DNA of 64,000 nt from Podarcis vaucheri (lineage: Eukaryota). Of this stretch, positions 50,654-64,000 are shown piece after piece. Where the stretch lies: the NCBI GenBank assembly GCA_965113315.1, contig OZ220368.1. The stretch is one strand, 5' to 3'. The notes beneath the pieces were generated by a model. The model was not told where the DNA came from. It saw nothing but the letters and a program-made list of their open reading frames with translations, and did no database searches. Numbering within the stretch: position 1 is the first letter of the stretch; every line of letters begins with the position of its first letter. A program made the translations under genes and the position numbers.

Positions 50654-51769
50654 CTGGAACCGGCCCAACAAAAAAGAAGATGGTTGAGAAAATATTAACT
50701 TTGTTCATTTTTTAAGAAATAATATTCTTTTTAAAAAATGATCCAACATTTTATTGCAATAAATTAAAAGCATCCAGAACATAATCCCAGAACATAACAA
50801 ACACTGCTCATTTTTCCATAGGTACTGCTAAGAATTAACACCTAACAAATGAATGTATTGCCAAAATACAATGCTATCAAAAGGTTGTTCTTCAATAGCT
50901 AATTCTTGTTACTTATTTGTACCACCCTCCTAACCATTTGAAAGCACCGTGAGAAACTCTTTTAGTTCATTATCACTTTTCACTTTTCTCTCTCTCTCTC
51001 TGCCTTGTCTCTGAGGATCATTAAAAGACACATTCTTTGGAATTTACTTTGAGGAAGGAGTTCTTAACATCCAGGTCTATTGGGGGAATTTTTGTTTGTT
51101 TGTTTACAAGAACTGGCATCTAAGCTGTAGGGCCATAAAACACAGACCACACCATTTAATTACTGTCAGTGTATGGCAAAAAACCACCTGCAAGCAATTT
51201 CTATTTTAAATTGTGCCATGATCTGAAAAACCTAATTGTTCCCACCCAGCCACCCAGAAGTTGGTGGACTGGACAAAAGAGCTGCCAATTCATTTAGGAA
51301 ACACCCTCCACTTAATTTTCTTAACCTCCATGACCTGTAAAAAGCTGGAACATGATGGTAGACTTGCACATTTGAAAATGTCTAATCATTTAGTATTATA
51401 TTTTACTATAAAACCTTTGTGTGGCACAGGGTTGGGAGAAATCTCAGTAAGGAAACAGCTTCTAAAACTGTAAGATAGTTCATAGATAGAAGAATGACCT
51501 CAAGCACTGAACAAATCCATTGTATCCAGGATGCCACACTAGTCAACCAAGGAGGAACAGTTAATTCCTACCTTCCTACCCCCTCAGGCAAAGGTTCTGG
51601 TCTATTTAACTATGAAAGCACTTCTGTTGTGCATACTGTATTATCTTCCAGTTTGCTGTCTGTGTGAACTCAATCTTTCTCTTCTTCAGTTGTATAGTGC
51701 AGCCTTTTGTGTGCATCTCAAAGAAAGAAACATGCTCCAACCCAATGCTGCACAATGCTGACTGCCTAC

Positions 51770-52279
51770 CTATTGAAGAATGGAACTCTCTGGTGCGGAG
51801 GGATCACTTGGGAAGACAGGCGAGGAAGAAGCAAAGATCACCAGTGTTAAAGCAATGACTCTTCAACATCAACTTTGTTGGACTGGTCATGTTGTGCGGA
51901 TGCCTGATTACCATCTTCCAAAGCAATTACTCTATTCCGAACTTAAAAATGGAACGTGTAATGCTGGTGGTCAACAAAAGGGGTTTAAAGACTGTCTCAA
52001 GGCAAATCTTTAAAAATGTAGTATAAACACCAACAACTGAGAAACACTGGCCTGCAAGCACTCCAACTGGAGAAGAGTCTTTACCAAAGGTGTCATGGGC
52101 TTTGAAGACACTCAAACTCAGAACGCAAGGGAGAAACGTGCCAAGAGGAAGTCACACAGAAGGACATGTGGTTCCAGAATTGGCGTCCACAGTCACTTAT
52201 GGACTCGCTGTTAAAACCATGTTTATGGAAGACAATCTTACTCGCCTACGAGTAATCGCCGAAGAAGAAGAAGAAGAAG

Positions 52280-52308
<29 letters not shown>
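51770..52308 (+). mobile_element. RTE-clade LINE 3' fragment with (GAA)n tail
   Basis: Encodes QLCWTGHVVRMPDYHLPKQLLYSELKNG..GGQQKGFKDCLK; (GAA)16 tail at 52261-52308. Confidence 0.85.
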
Positions 52309-52310
<2 letters not shown>

Positions 52311-55300
52311 GTGTGTGTGTCCCACCCTTCAGAAGCTAGTACTGACTCAAGGCTATCTCTGAAATCATTTTGTCTTTAACCATCAGTCTAGATTATCAGA
52401 CTACATTTCCCCAAGAAGTTGTTGGCAATCTGAACAGAGACACAAGGGAAGCAGCAGTCTGAGGGGAATGGAAGTAGGTGTAAACAGGGGAAGAATATGT
52501 GATTATTTTCATTGCAATCACATATTCTTCGTCTGTTTACACCTACTTCCATTCCCCTCAGACTGCTGCTTCCCTTGTGTCTATTCTTAGATTGTAAACT
52601 CCTTGGGGTTAGGATCTGTCTTCTTCCTCTCATTATTTTCTAAGGTTCATGTACATACATGATGCTATATAAATAAGCAAATAAAAATAGCCCTAGTTTA
52701 TGTACAGCACCAGATGGGCACTGTCCATTGTCTCTCTGTTTGGGAAGGTTCTACAGCTGGGGTGGGGAACCTGTGTCCCTACAGATGTAGTCTAATCTTT
52801 CCTGACCACTGACTATGCTAGCTGAGTCCAGCAACATCTGGAGAACCAGAAGCTCCTTGTCCCTGTTCTACAGGACAGGGCAGATAGTGCTATTAATAAA
52901 TCAACTCCATTTAACAGATTAAAGCAGATAAAATCTCTCTTGCTCAAATCAATCCTTCTTTCCTGTGATTTTAAAGATGGCAAATTGCGTCTGAATCAGC
53001 TGCAGGGCCACTAGAACTCAGGGAAAGTGGCATGAGAGCACACCCTCCCTGCAAACAGCAAAAACATCAAGCCCTAAAACACAAAAATAGTGTCATGGCT
53101 AGGACAACCACATTGGCAGACATCACACTACAGTGGCTGGGTTTACTCACTAATAAAGTTTAGAGATTTTCTTATGGGAAACAAATGGGAGGGTTACAGG
53201 ATTTGAATTACATTATATCTGGTGTTGGGGGGAAATAATGGTATGTACTGATCCTGATTTAAATACTCTGGAATTGACCACCATTTACATGTGAATAATG
53301 TTTGATTTTCCTTACACAACCTGGTTGCTTGAGCTGCTGGGCTTTAAGAAACATGCTTCCATTTACAGAAAATGTATTCTGCTCTGCTGCATGCCTCGAG
53401 TTTTGCCTCTTTTGTCCATTACCCAAGCAAAAATCTTTCTGCCTGTTATGCAAAAAGAGAAAACTAAGGAAATTATGGCTTCTTGGCAACAAAACCACTT
53501 GTTCTAGCCTGCTTACATGCTAAATATGTTACACACACATTTGCCCACAGGCTGATGTCATATGGTCAGCAATGTGTCAAAAACATCGTTACAGCCCACA
53601 CTGCTGAGATCACAATTTTTAAACAGACTTGAGGGCTGGAGGAAGCTCAAGGAAGGCATGACATACAGCAGTTTCAAGATTACTCCAAGTACATGGTTCC
53701 TTTATTACTGGAAATGTTGAACAAGCATTCAAGCAAGAAAAATGACAGCTCTGTTAGCAATAGTTTGGAAGCCACCAAGGATTACAACTAGACCTACAAT
53801 AGACCACTGGTCTGACTTAAAATAAGGCAACTTCTGATATCCCTATAACATAAAGAAAATTTAGCTGGGAAGTCCTAGGAAGCAAGCACAATTCATTCGC
53901 TATAATTCTTCCTGTTTTCTCATCTCCCCTTCCATTTGCATTTAACAATTTCTAGTAGTTCACGTTCATCTTTCTCACTGGGAGGAGTTAAGGAAGTTCT
54001 AACCAACACTTACTAACCAAATCTATATATCTGTTCAGCTCGCCTGCCCCACCAGGGGTGTATGATGATGTCAAAATCACAGCCTTTAAACATCACTTCC
54101 CTTAAGCCTGTTAATTAAAACAAATTTTGAAAATAAATTACTATGTAGTGAAACCCCACACTAAGCCCTGCAATTCTCTTACCCTTTTGCTTCATCCAAG
54201 TTCAGAAAAGTTAAACCTTCCAGGCATGTTGCAAAGTCTACCTTTACCTCAATCATTAAAGCATTTGAGCCTTGATCCAGCAAAACATTTATAGACATGC
54301 TTGAAGTTCATCAAGTGCGTATATGGGGTACTGCTGACTCAATTGTTTGCAAAGAGGCAAGTAAAATGAAATGAAATGAAAGAGGTAGTAGATGCATGAA
54401 TCTAAGGGGAGCACCGACAGATAGGTATCACCAGAGCTTGCAGAGCTCATTTCAAAAAGGAACAAGCTCTAGTTCAAGTTCAAGGTGTCAAAAAATGAAC
54501 TAATTCCAGTTCAGATCCGTCCCTTTACAAAACAAACTACCGTAGTTCGGTCCATGTTCAATTTGCAGTTCAAGTCCATCCAAATGATCCTCAGCACCCC
54601 CCAATCACATTTTGCCCATGCCCAGAACAAACCAAAGCAATATTCTGAAGAGTGAGCAATTAACCCATCAAGCTCTACACAGAGTTATTGTGCCTCTCCA
54701 TGTGCAACACGCTCTCCAAGAACAACAAGTCCCAGGCTTCCTTAGTTTCTGCTGGTCTTTTCTGTGCATGGGCAGGTAGAGCCACATCAGAACACAGCGG
54801 TAGGCAGCACCATCAGTAATTTAGGGGCATTGAGGACCAGCACCATCAGTAATTTAGGGGCACCGAGATAACATTTACAGCTCCCCGGAATATGTGTGAG
54901 TTGGGGCCTGTAGTTTCCTGAGTTTATAGGAGAATCGACCCTTGGTCCAGGGGCAAGGGAAGAGCAGCTAAATGTCATTTGACCTTATTTGCCAAAGATG
55001 TAAGAAGCTTTAACAAAAAATAAGGACCCAAAGAAGCTCAAGGGCAGACAAAGGATTTTGGGACAGGGTCTTGTATTTACAAAGTTGCTCCAGGCCCAGA
55101 TGAATTATGTTTGGGCACTGTATGCAGATCCAGTATATCCCACAGTGCGCTCTCTCTCGCTCTCGCTCTCGCTCTCTCTCCCTCTCTCTCTTGACCTCAT
55201 GCCTTGATGCTTTGTGAGCTTCCAGAAGCATTTTGCTGTTTGGAATTGCGAAGCCAGGCAAGGTGGACTTTGGTTTCTTCCAGCAAGGCAGTTGCAATGC

Positions 55301-55465
55301 TTATGTGGGTGTCTGAGCCAAACCTTGGTTTTCCAAAGCTCCTAATTATTAACATGTTTTCTGTCTCCTCTCCTGACTATTTTACCCGCCACCCACACAC
55401 TCCTGTTTTATGCAAAGACGTTAATGTCCTGTACAGATCAATTGGATTCAATGAATTTTACTGTA

Positions 55466-55723
55466 CAGTAGTATCTCGGGTTAAGTACTTAATTCGTTCC
55501 GGAGGTCCATTCTTAACCTGAAACTGTTCTTAACCTGAAGCACCACTTTAGCTAATGGGGCCTCCTGCTGCGACTGCGCCGCCAGAGCACGATTTCTGTT
55601 CTCATCCTGAAGCAAAGTTCTTAACCTGAAGCACTATTTCTGGGTTAGTGGAGTCTGTAACCTGAAGTGTATGTAACCTGAAGTGTATGTAACCTGAAGT
55701 GTATGTAACCTGGGGTACCACTG
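55466..55723 (-). mobile_element. Tigger-like MITE (family B)
   Basis: TIRs; internal TATGTAACCTGAAGTG repeats. Confidence 0.9.
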
Positions 55724-57194
55724 TGTTTTAGGTTTATTAATGTAAAGCTTTTCTTTTTTTTTAAGTATGTGGCATTCAATATGAGACCTGCCCTCCTTAG
55801 TGTGTTGAGGATTGCAACCCTCACGCTTGACAAACACTTGCAATGCAGATCTGCTGCAGTTTGTATAAAGATTTGCTGCACTTTTAACCTCGGGACAAAG
55901 AGAAATGCCAAAGGAATTGGAGGATTTACAGAAAAGAGCACATACTGAACAATGAATGAAATAATAAACAATAGCTATCTAATCTCCCGGGGCCAGCTGC
56001 ATTTGCTCTGCTATTAATGTGCTAAAGAAAACCCAAAGGCAAATCTAATAAATACAAGAGCTCTATGGCTAGGCCTCACAAAAATCTGCTTTCTATATAT
56101 ACTTAACTGTTTCGTGTCAATGCTCTGTGGAGCATTTCTTCCCACACTTGCAGCTTTCCATATCCAGAGCAGATAAAGGTTCTTTCTATCTATAACTAAA
56201 CAAGCTGATCTAGCTGTTCACATTTTGCAGTCTGTTCCATGCATTTGGATGGCCATGTTTGTTGTACTTCACAGACAACAATCCTCCACTTCAAGAGCAG
56301 TAAGAAGAAGGCAATGAACAAACCTCTAATTGAAGGCACCCTCTGTTTTGGGAATGGGAAATGTTTTTCATTCTGAGGTGAACCAGAGACAACTGTGGAT
56401 AGAGTAATGAATATAAAATTTATATTTGTACAGTAGGATAGTTTCTACACGCTCATTCATGTACTCTATCCTCCATGCAGTCAAGCAAGAGGCATATCAG
56501 ATTTTCAAGGATGTCATCATACTTCAAGGTTGGGGACACATGTGGCATAGAGAGAGCGGGTGTGGCTTAGAAGGACGTGTGGCCTGGGGAATAAATAAAT
56601 AATAGCAACCATGCGACCCCACCTGCTCACTATTTTCTGAGTTGCTATTAGCTCAGCTAAGCAAAGCACATGGGTAACCACATATAACTGTTATAAGTTT
56701 GTGGGTGCTATACAACCTAAATTCCCTGGCTCCAGTAGGTGTTAGAATCTAATCAAGACAAATCTCTAAATATAAGCCAGGCCAGTTTCCTGACCAGGAA
56801 ATCACCTCGGGTGAGAGGCCATTAGGAAGACAAGAAGAAGGCAATGAGCCATTAGGAAGGCAGAACGAGTAGGGGCTTTGTGCCAGAAGGCAGTTGGGTA
56901 GGGCCCCTCCTTCAGGTGAGAGAGATGGTTAGAAGAACAAAAGCCACGGTTAAGAGTTTGAGTTGGAGGGGTAAAAGGTTGCAGTCTGGTAAAGGCAGTA
57001 AGCTGGAGAGAGGGTCAGAACACGATGTCTGATGTCTGGTTGAATCCTAAGCTGTGGCTAGGGGAGAAACAATACCCTATTAGGGTGTTGTTGCTGTTGC
57101 TATGATGTGGAGGGGTTCACAACACCCCAATAGGGTCAACCTCCTTCACACTGCCACACTCTCAGTCTGAATCAGCAATGCCCACTGCTGCTAT

Positions 57195-57226
57195 GTTTGT
57201 TTGTTTGTTTGTTTGTTTGTTTGTTT
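57195..57226 (+). repeat. (TTTG)n microsatellite
   Basis: Read directly. Confidence 0.95.
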
Positions 57227-57636
57227 TAATGTGGTAGACCCTGTTCACACGAGCGCTCGCATCATGTCCGTTTTGGCCCACAGTTCGGTTTATGCAGTTT
57301 TGCAAACGTAGGCTTCAGCTGTGAAGACAGCATGGACATTTCTTTAAAAGAAAAGAAACACGAAGTAGGTTATGCAGTTGATTCTCCCAAACACCCAAAA
57401 AGAATTCAAACTGTCCACATTAGGCTTTGACATGTGTGACAATGAAGTCACACTAAATTCGTTGTGCGGACAGAACCCAAATTGCCAAAAATCTTCAGGA
57501 CCAAAGGCAGAGAAGATACTAAGTGAACTATAAACAACAGATCACTTTATTCCTTTGTTTTTACAGCATCCAGACAATCCTATTCCTCTTTCCTTCTTCC
57601 ACTGGTAACCTCCAGCAGCAACAGGTTGTGCTATAC

Positions 57637-57933
57637 TAAGGCCTAGGGGCCAGATCCAGCTCAGTCGCCTTGGACCGCAGACAGTCTGGGAATCAGCGTG
57701 TTTTTACATGAGTAGAATGTGTCCTTTTATTTAAAATGCATCCCTGGGTTATTTGTGGGGCCTGCCTGTTGTTTTTACATGGGTATAATGTGTGCTTTTA
57801 TCTAAAATGCATCTCTGGGTTATTTGTGGGGCATAGGAATTCATTCATTCCCCCCCCCCAATATAGTCCGGCCCCCCACAGGGTCTGAGAGACAGTGGAC
57901 TGGCCCCCTGCTGAAAAAGTTTGCTGACCTCTG
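57637..57933 (-). mobile_element. hAT MITE (family A) lacking one TIR
   Basis: Homolog of 34204-34527; TSD TGCTATAC on both sides. Confidence 0.85.
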
Positions 57934-60840
57934 TGCTATACTGTAGCTTCTGCCTTAGAGCAACAGCTGATAGGATAAGGCATTTTTTTATGGGAGCTCA
58001 TGGGAGAAACTGCCACAAGGATCGTTATTTTCACTGTAATTGATGAGCATCATTTAAGCGCCAATAACCAGCAGAGAGGCAGTTAACTAACAGAATAATA
58101 TGTTGCCATTCATGGCCTGAGGCTCAGTCCCTGCCATGCGGGGATGGATCTGCTAATGGAGACCATGAAGAGCTGCTGGCAGTCAGTAGACTCCAACATT
58201 CCAGAAGAGGGGCTGAAGCATGCCATTAAGCCCTTGGTACCATGGATGCCCCTATTCCCTCTGCCAGTATGGACAGTGATATTATCCAAGGAAAGTGAAT
58301 AGGAATGCACCAGACTCCCTAGTGCTACCTGCACAATAGCAGGCTCACATAAGAGGAGATGCAGAAGCCTCAGAATTGGGGAGAAAGCACAATACCAATA
58401 CCCGTGCTTTGACTCACTGGGCAAAGGGGAAGGTGGAACACTAAGAGACACTGAGCCGATGCACTTTTACCCATCATGCACTGGCTCCAGGGCTTCAATG
58501 CTGGTTAAAACAAACCACAGTTTCCCTGTTATGCCTGGAATGAGAAACTGTAGCTTTACTGTCAGTTTACTAACCACATTTTAATCCTGGTTTCAGATCC
58601 TGATTAGCCACAGCAGAAGAGGATTTGGGGGAGCACGACTGGTGCAGTCACACTGGTCACTGAGTCTTGGGGGCAACGCCAGGGACCCCACAAATATGAT
58701 TTACAATAGTTTTGCAAGAGGTGGAGGGGCGCCGGGTTTTAGCATTGTACAGGACACCGCTGAAATTTGAGACCCCAAGATCCACCACTGGGCAGAGTTT
58801 CTAGTGTTGGATTTATTAGGAAATGGATTTGCTTTAACTGAGTTCAAAGTGCTAAAACCAGCATATGAGGAAGGAGAGAGGGAAGGCATGAGAAATGAAC
58901 TTGAAAGGCTAATAGTCATTCCCAGCTTCATATGAAACCAGTATCACTGTATCCGAACTGGCTCAATTATAACTTGTTTATCACACAGTTGCAATAGTAG
59001 TTCTAAGAGCTGACTGAGATCAGTGATGCAGTTAGGTAATGGGGGGGGGGGTTATTTAGATGGCAATGTGCTTTCCAAAATGTGTACTTCTTCAAAATGT
59101 GGTGGCACAACCCTGCTTGAAAGAATGTACACATTTTTTAGTGTAAAAAAAATAAAATTGTGCCTGAATATAAAACGTTTCAGAATCACTGGAGTAGAAT
59201 ATTGCCCATGATATAATTCAATAAGATTTAATATCTCTTCTATTAAAAAAGTATTTGAAAAATGGATAAAATATCTTCATGCCCCTAGTCCTGGACATGC
59301 ATACCAAAAAGTTAAAAAAGAAAGAAAGCTGGCTATAATGTAGCAAATCATGCAAAGTGGATTTAGACAGACATTTTTCAAGTGTTTCTGTACGCCCTGA
59401 AGCTGAGACAGCATCATACTCATCAGAGCTCAGCATTTGCTGCCAAATGGATAAACCCAAAGGCATGCAATGCATTTTCTTCCTACACGTCACACCAGAC
59501 TATAAATTTGTTCGAAATGCACTACAGAAATTGCCTTGGAAACATTTGGCAAAAGACAACAGATTTTAGGCTGCAGTGAGAGAAACGTTTTAGATTCTAA
59601 ATAAAGCACCGCTTCCCCCCACAGGAGATTTGATTAGGCAGGAACAATCATTATAAATGGGGGGAAAGAGCTGTAATAAAGCCAAATCCCTAAATTAGAA
59701 GCACTTCCAAAAATGGAAGGAGAAAAATTGGCTTCTGAAACTTGAACTTCAATGGAATAATCAAGGCCCCTGGAGCAGAGTTAGTCATTCAGGTTGTTAT
59801 ATCCACAAAGAGAAGTGAAAGGCACTCGGAGGGCTTGGTTCATTATTGAGACCTTTCCTTGTGTCTGGTGAACTGTGAAAATGCCTTTGTCCATACTGCA
59901 GATGTGCTGGATGCAATAACTGCACTGAATCTGGATCTGTATTTCAAGTTCCAGTGCAATGTGTAGGTGCAGATTGTGCCCTCTTTGGTACACTTCACTA
60001 TCTTACCCCAAGATCAGTTTAGACACTTCTTGGCCTCCCTCAAAAGAAAGTGCAGTGCCATCCGCAATCACAGTCAAACTGAGATTAAGGTAGAAACTGA
60101 ATGTGAAAGGAAAATGGGAGAAGAAATCACAGGAGATGGGTAAAAATAGTTTAAGAAGCATGTGGGGGTAGGAAGGGGGGAAAATATATAAATGAAAAAG
60201 TCTTCTCTACTAAGAACCTTTGGATCAGCAAATTCTGCCTAAAACTAGGAGGCTGAATATCTGTACTTGGCTTGAGGAAAGCTGAGGTATGGAACTCCTT
60301 GCCATAAGAAACATGCCATGGCAAAGAATTTCAAAGTTTTCAAAGATGAATTAGACATCAGCAGAAAGTGATGTCAATAATCGCTAGCTGGTTATACCAA
60401 ACTCTACCTCTATGTGCCACCATTTTGTGACAGATTTGCCCCAGCACCACCATTTTGTAACTGGTGGGCGTCGGTAATCTTCAGCTATCTCAGGTGGACC
60501 CTGGCAGTAGAAAGTTCGAAGATCTCATGCTTTCGAGATCCTCTTGGAAGGCTGATGCTCTGAACCGCTCCATTGTAGGCTCAGGTTCTATATATATGTG
60601 TAAATAAACCATATATTATAAAGACATCAGAGTCTCCTTTGTGCCTCATTATTTTCCAAAAGGAAACACAGGCACTTGGTGGGCACCTGAAACTGTCTGG
60701 AATCTTGCACTGCTGTGGAGACTGGGCGTGGAGTTTAACAATATTGTTACAGATTTGGGGTAACAGAATTTGGGGGTGCAAGGGCACCCATAATTGCTAA
60801 AGTTAGTAAGTGTTAAAACTTATTTAAATGGTAGAATTTA

Positions 60841-61374
60841 CCGTATTTTTCGCCCTATAGGACGCACCGGCCCATAGGACGCACCTAGTTTTTTGGGGGG
60901 GAAATCAAGGGGAAAATTTTTCTTTCCCCCCCCCCAGGTTTGCGCAACCATCCCAAGCTAGAAGAGGGAGATGGAGCGCTCCGTCTCCCTCTTCTGCCTT
61001 CAGGGACAGCTTGCCTCGCTATCCTGCGAGCTTGTGGGGCTGGCGGGGGGAGAAGCAGGCTTGCTTCTCCCCCCGCCAGCCTCCAGATCAGGTCGGGGAA
61101 TAGCGGGGTGGCGGCGCTGCGCCTCCCCACTGTCCCCAGCTTTTGGGTGCAGGCTGCTGCCCGCAAGCCTAGTGAGCCCGCGGGACATCCCGCCGGGCTT
61201 GCAAGACTTGCGGATAGCTTCCTGAAGCCTGGAGAGCGAGAGGGGTCGGTGCGCACCGACCCCTCTCGCTCTCCAGGCTTCAGCGAAAGCCTGCATTCGC
61301 CCCATAGGACGCAACCAGATTTCCCCTTCATTTTTGGAGGGGAAAAAGTGCGTCCTATAGGGCGAAAAATACGG
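60841..61374. mobile_element. Tc1/mariner (pogo/Tc2-like) non-autonomous element
   Basis: Perfect ~27-bp TIRs CCGTATTTTTCGCCCTATAGGACGCAC; TA TSD; CpG-rich, so probably young. Confidence 0.9.
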
Positions 61375-64000
61375 TAGGTAATATCTGGTGCATTGAAAGG
61401 AAGATGCAGGCCAGTGGAAAAATACAGGCTAAACTCCCTTTTCAGTCCAAGGTCTCGCTTGGGGATAGTAGCTGTTAAGCATAACAAACAGTGTTGATAT
61501 CCCATCACAGGAAAATCCTTGAGTATGTGGCAATGGAGGTTGCCAAGGTTATGCAGAGTGAAGACGTACGGTTACAGGAAAATGGTCACCTTTTAAATCT
61601 AGACTTGGAATAGCAAAGGGGCAGGCCAAGCAGGCAGAAAGGCAAGGTGTTCTGGGAACAAGAAGAAGGAAGCAGGGAGAATTTCATGCGACAGCTGAAG
61701 GTCCGAACCATCTTTGCAGGCTGGCTGAAGGCAGGCTGGGACAGAGACACGGAGATGCCTTGGAATTAGATGCTGCCCTGCTGTAAGGAACAAACCCCTC
61801 TTGGGATGTGGATGCTATCAACTCTGCACTCGCTCCATTGAAAGCTTCCAGTGTAAAATAAACCACATTACTTAAAGTCCCCCCTGCGTCTTAATTCCCA
61901 ACGGATACACGGCCTGGAACTCCCTGGAATTTTGCTAAAACTCAACAGAGATTGGGGGTGGAGCGCAACCTTCGTAGCAATAGCACACCTTAGTTTCAAC
62001 TGCAGGCAGTTTCGTTTTCTCCACAACAGGGCTTGCAATTGCTTAATTGCCTCCTTTAAAAAATGCCTTCCTGAAGCACCGAGCCTTGCCCCAGTGGAAT
62101 TGTAGTGTCATGAGGAAGGGAAAAAACACACCTCTGGGTCAGATCTCGGCAGGTACAAACCAGCAAAGTGCTGCTCAAAGCGAAAGAGACTTGCCTGTCT
62201 GCATTAGCTGAGGCACTGAAAATTTGCATCCATCTGAGGCAGCTTCCCCTTTTGTTTGCTCTTTCCACTTATACTTCATAACCATTCAGCTTGCAGAAGC
62301 TATTTCCATCTGAATGAATCTCTCCGCTTTATCTGAATGGACTACTCTGTTTAACCAGTTGCTTCTCTGAGGGCTCAAACTGTCACAGACATTACGCATA
62401 CTCTTCAGTCTGAAATGAGACAAGAGGGTTCCCCGCTCCTCCTCAACAATAGCCCAGATCAGCCTGAACGAGTACTTTAGCTTCTGCTTACAAGTAGGCA
62501 GAGGCCATATCAAATAACTCACCAAACAGCCCATCAATAACCCCATTCATACTTTATAATCCCCAAACTTACTTTGTTCAAATCATTGTGCGGAGCTGCC
62601 ATAACCAGGGGCCATTAGCCACGATCCTGACAAATTGTTTGCCACACAAAAACTCTGGCCACTTGAAAAGATACTATTCATATGGTCTGTGGTGAGCAGA
62701 CTCTGCTCTCAGACTTGAATATGCAGCTCATGCCCACAGTTTCGCTGGATCATATACTACAGAGAAGCTTGAGGGTGAAACACAACTCAGGACCATGTTT
62801 TGGTAATGATACCCTCTCACAAGCAACTGCCTCAGCATTTCAAACACCCTTTGGATCAGCAAGTCCGCTTCAGAATTAAAATTAAAGCTGCAATTATTAT
62901 AAAGAGGTGTTTCTTACGAAGGTATTGTGTTAGAAGTCACCCGTTCGCCCCTCCACCGGGCGAACTCCCCCCTCAGTCATGTACGAACATGACTCTTTGC
63001 TGCTACACATTTTGGTTCCCTGGTGATATTCTCAAAGCTCTATCATTAAAACAACACAGTTAAGTCATCTCATCTCACCCCCAGCTGGAACTTTGGTGTC
63101 TCCTGTTGGGCAGGAAATCTGCTAGAAGACTCACCATTGTTCTTCATGCTCAGATGAGTATTTGTAGCATGCTGGAAATGGCCTGCTAGCAGTTTGTGTC
63201 AGGGCCTGTCAGGCAGAGTGAGGCAACTGCTTCAAGTGGCAGATATTGGTGAAAGCCCCCCCACCCCAAAACCCGAGCCATTTTCCTGTCTTGGAAATCA
63301 GTTGTGCTGCCGAATTGGAACTGGGATTGTTAACTTTAAAACAACAGCCTTGCTGTGTGTGCCAAGGTGAACAGGCCTGGGATTTTCCTTTGAAAAGGGG
63401 GTGTAAGGACAAATAATCAAGCAAAATAGAGGTTCAAAAGCTCTGTTTCCTAACCAGTTTTGCACAGCTAGGGCTTCCTCGCCCTAATGGAAAACTACCC
63501 TTGAGAAAGGGAAATTGGAATTTGTAGAGAAGGAGTTATCCTACCTAAGCAGACTACTCACACACTTACTAGGGATGAGGTAATACTCACAGTCAGGAGC
63601 CTGGCTGGGGAGCCTTGGGGCAAGCAAAAATAGGAGAAAGGTTAGGCGTTGAGAGAAGAAGATGCTGCAGATATGTTGCCTCTTTGGGTTCACTGTGTAA
63701 CTTTCTCTGAACTGGAACAGAGAGTTATGTGACAGAAAACGATGTACATGTTAGTGGCTTGAAATACGGTGAGGTCATTTCCCTCAACTGCATTTCAAGT
63801 TGCTTTCTTATGTTCCTATGCAAACCAGGGTGCAGGGCTGTCTTCGCCTGATACACATTATTTCATCCCTGCGCTGAATACTGCAGCTTCTGTTTTCTAA
63901 TCAGATGGACTGAAGCTGGTTTGAGGGAAAGTGCATCTAGCAGGAGTGTTACTCAAGAAGCTACAGGATACAGATGAATTCTGGCTAACATCATGTGTAC

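Noticed and set aside
53298-53400. Plus-strand WLLELLGFKKHASIY as the missing SAM N-terminal half
   Set aside because: Wrong strand relative to BCAR3, and no suitable splice sites.
54806-54864. Short tandem duplications (also ~1194-1263, 6623-6685, 38969-39018)
   Set aside because: Ordinary slippage duplications with no further structure.
55600-55712. CRISPR-like periodic repeats (TAACCTGAAG units)
   Set aside because: Internal subterminal repeats of a eukaryotic MITE; no unique spacers or cas genes.
60885-61508. 207-aa and overlapping ORFs
   Set aside because: They arise from the GC-rich, palindromic interior of a non-autonomous transposon; no transposase motifs.

Overview
Vertebrate genomic DNA, almost certainly a squamate and probably a lacertid lizard, judged from Sauria SINE, BovB/RTE, tRNA-derived SINEs and lizard-type hAT and mariner MITEs. 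The window covers the 5' part of BCAR3 (NSP2/AND-34) on the minus strand: a CpG-island non-coding exon 1 (donor at 34864), coding exon 2 (21399-21072, MIAAGKFASLPRN...) and the 40-nt exon 3 (8349-8310, RDQNAMDPAMEYVK). The SH2 and GEF-like exons lie beyond base 1. Two things stand out. (1) A cleanly spliced 115-nt exon at 50653-50539, about 15 kb upstream of the CpG promoter, encodes what looks like the C-terminal half of a SAM domain and joins exon 2 in frame. This implies a long SAM-SH2-GEF BCAR3 isoform from a more distal promoter. (2) A ~468-bp, ~97%-identical inverted repeat that does not look like a transposon (32374-32841 / 35983-36449) brackets the CpG promoter and exon 1. It could act as an invertible promoter cassette or as an RNA stem that loops exon 1 out of the long transcript. 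The rest is intron with many transposon relics, and nearly all ORFs in the supplied track are spurious.
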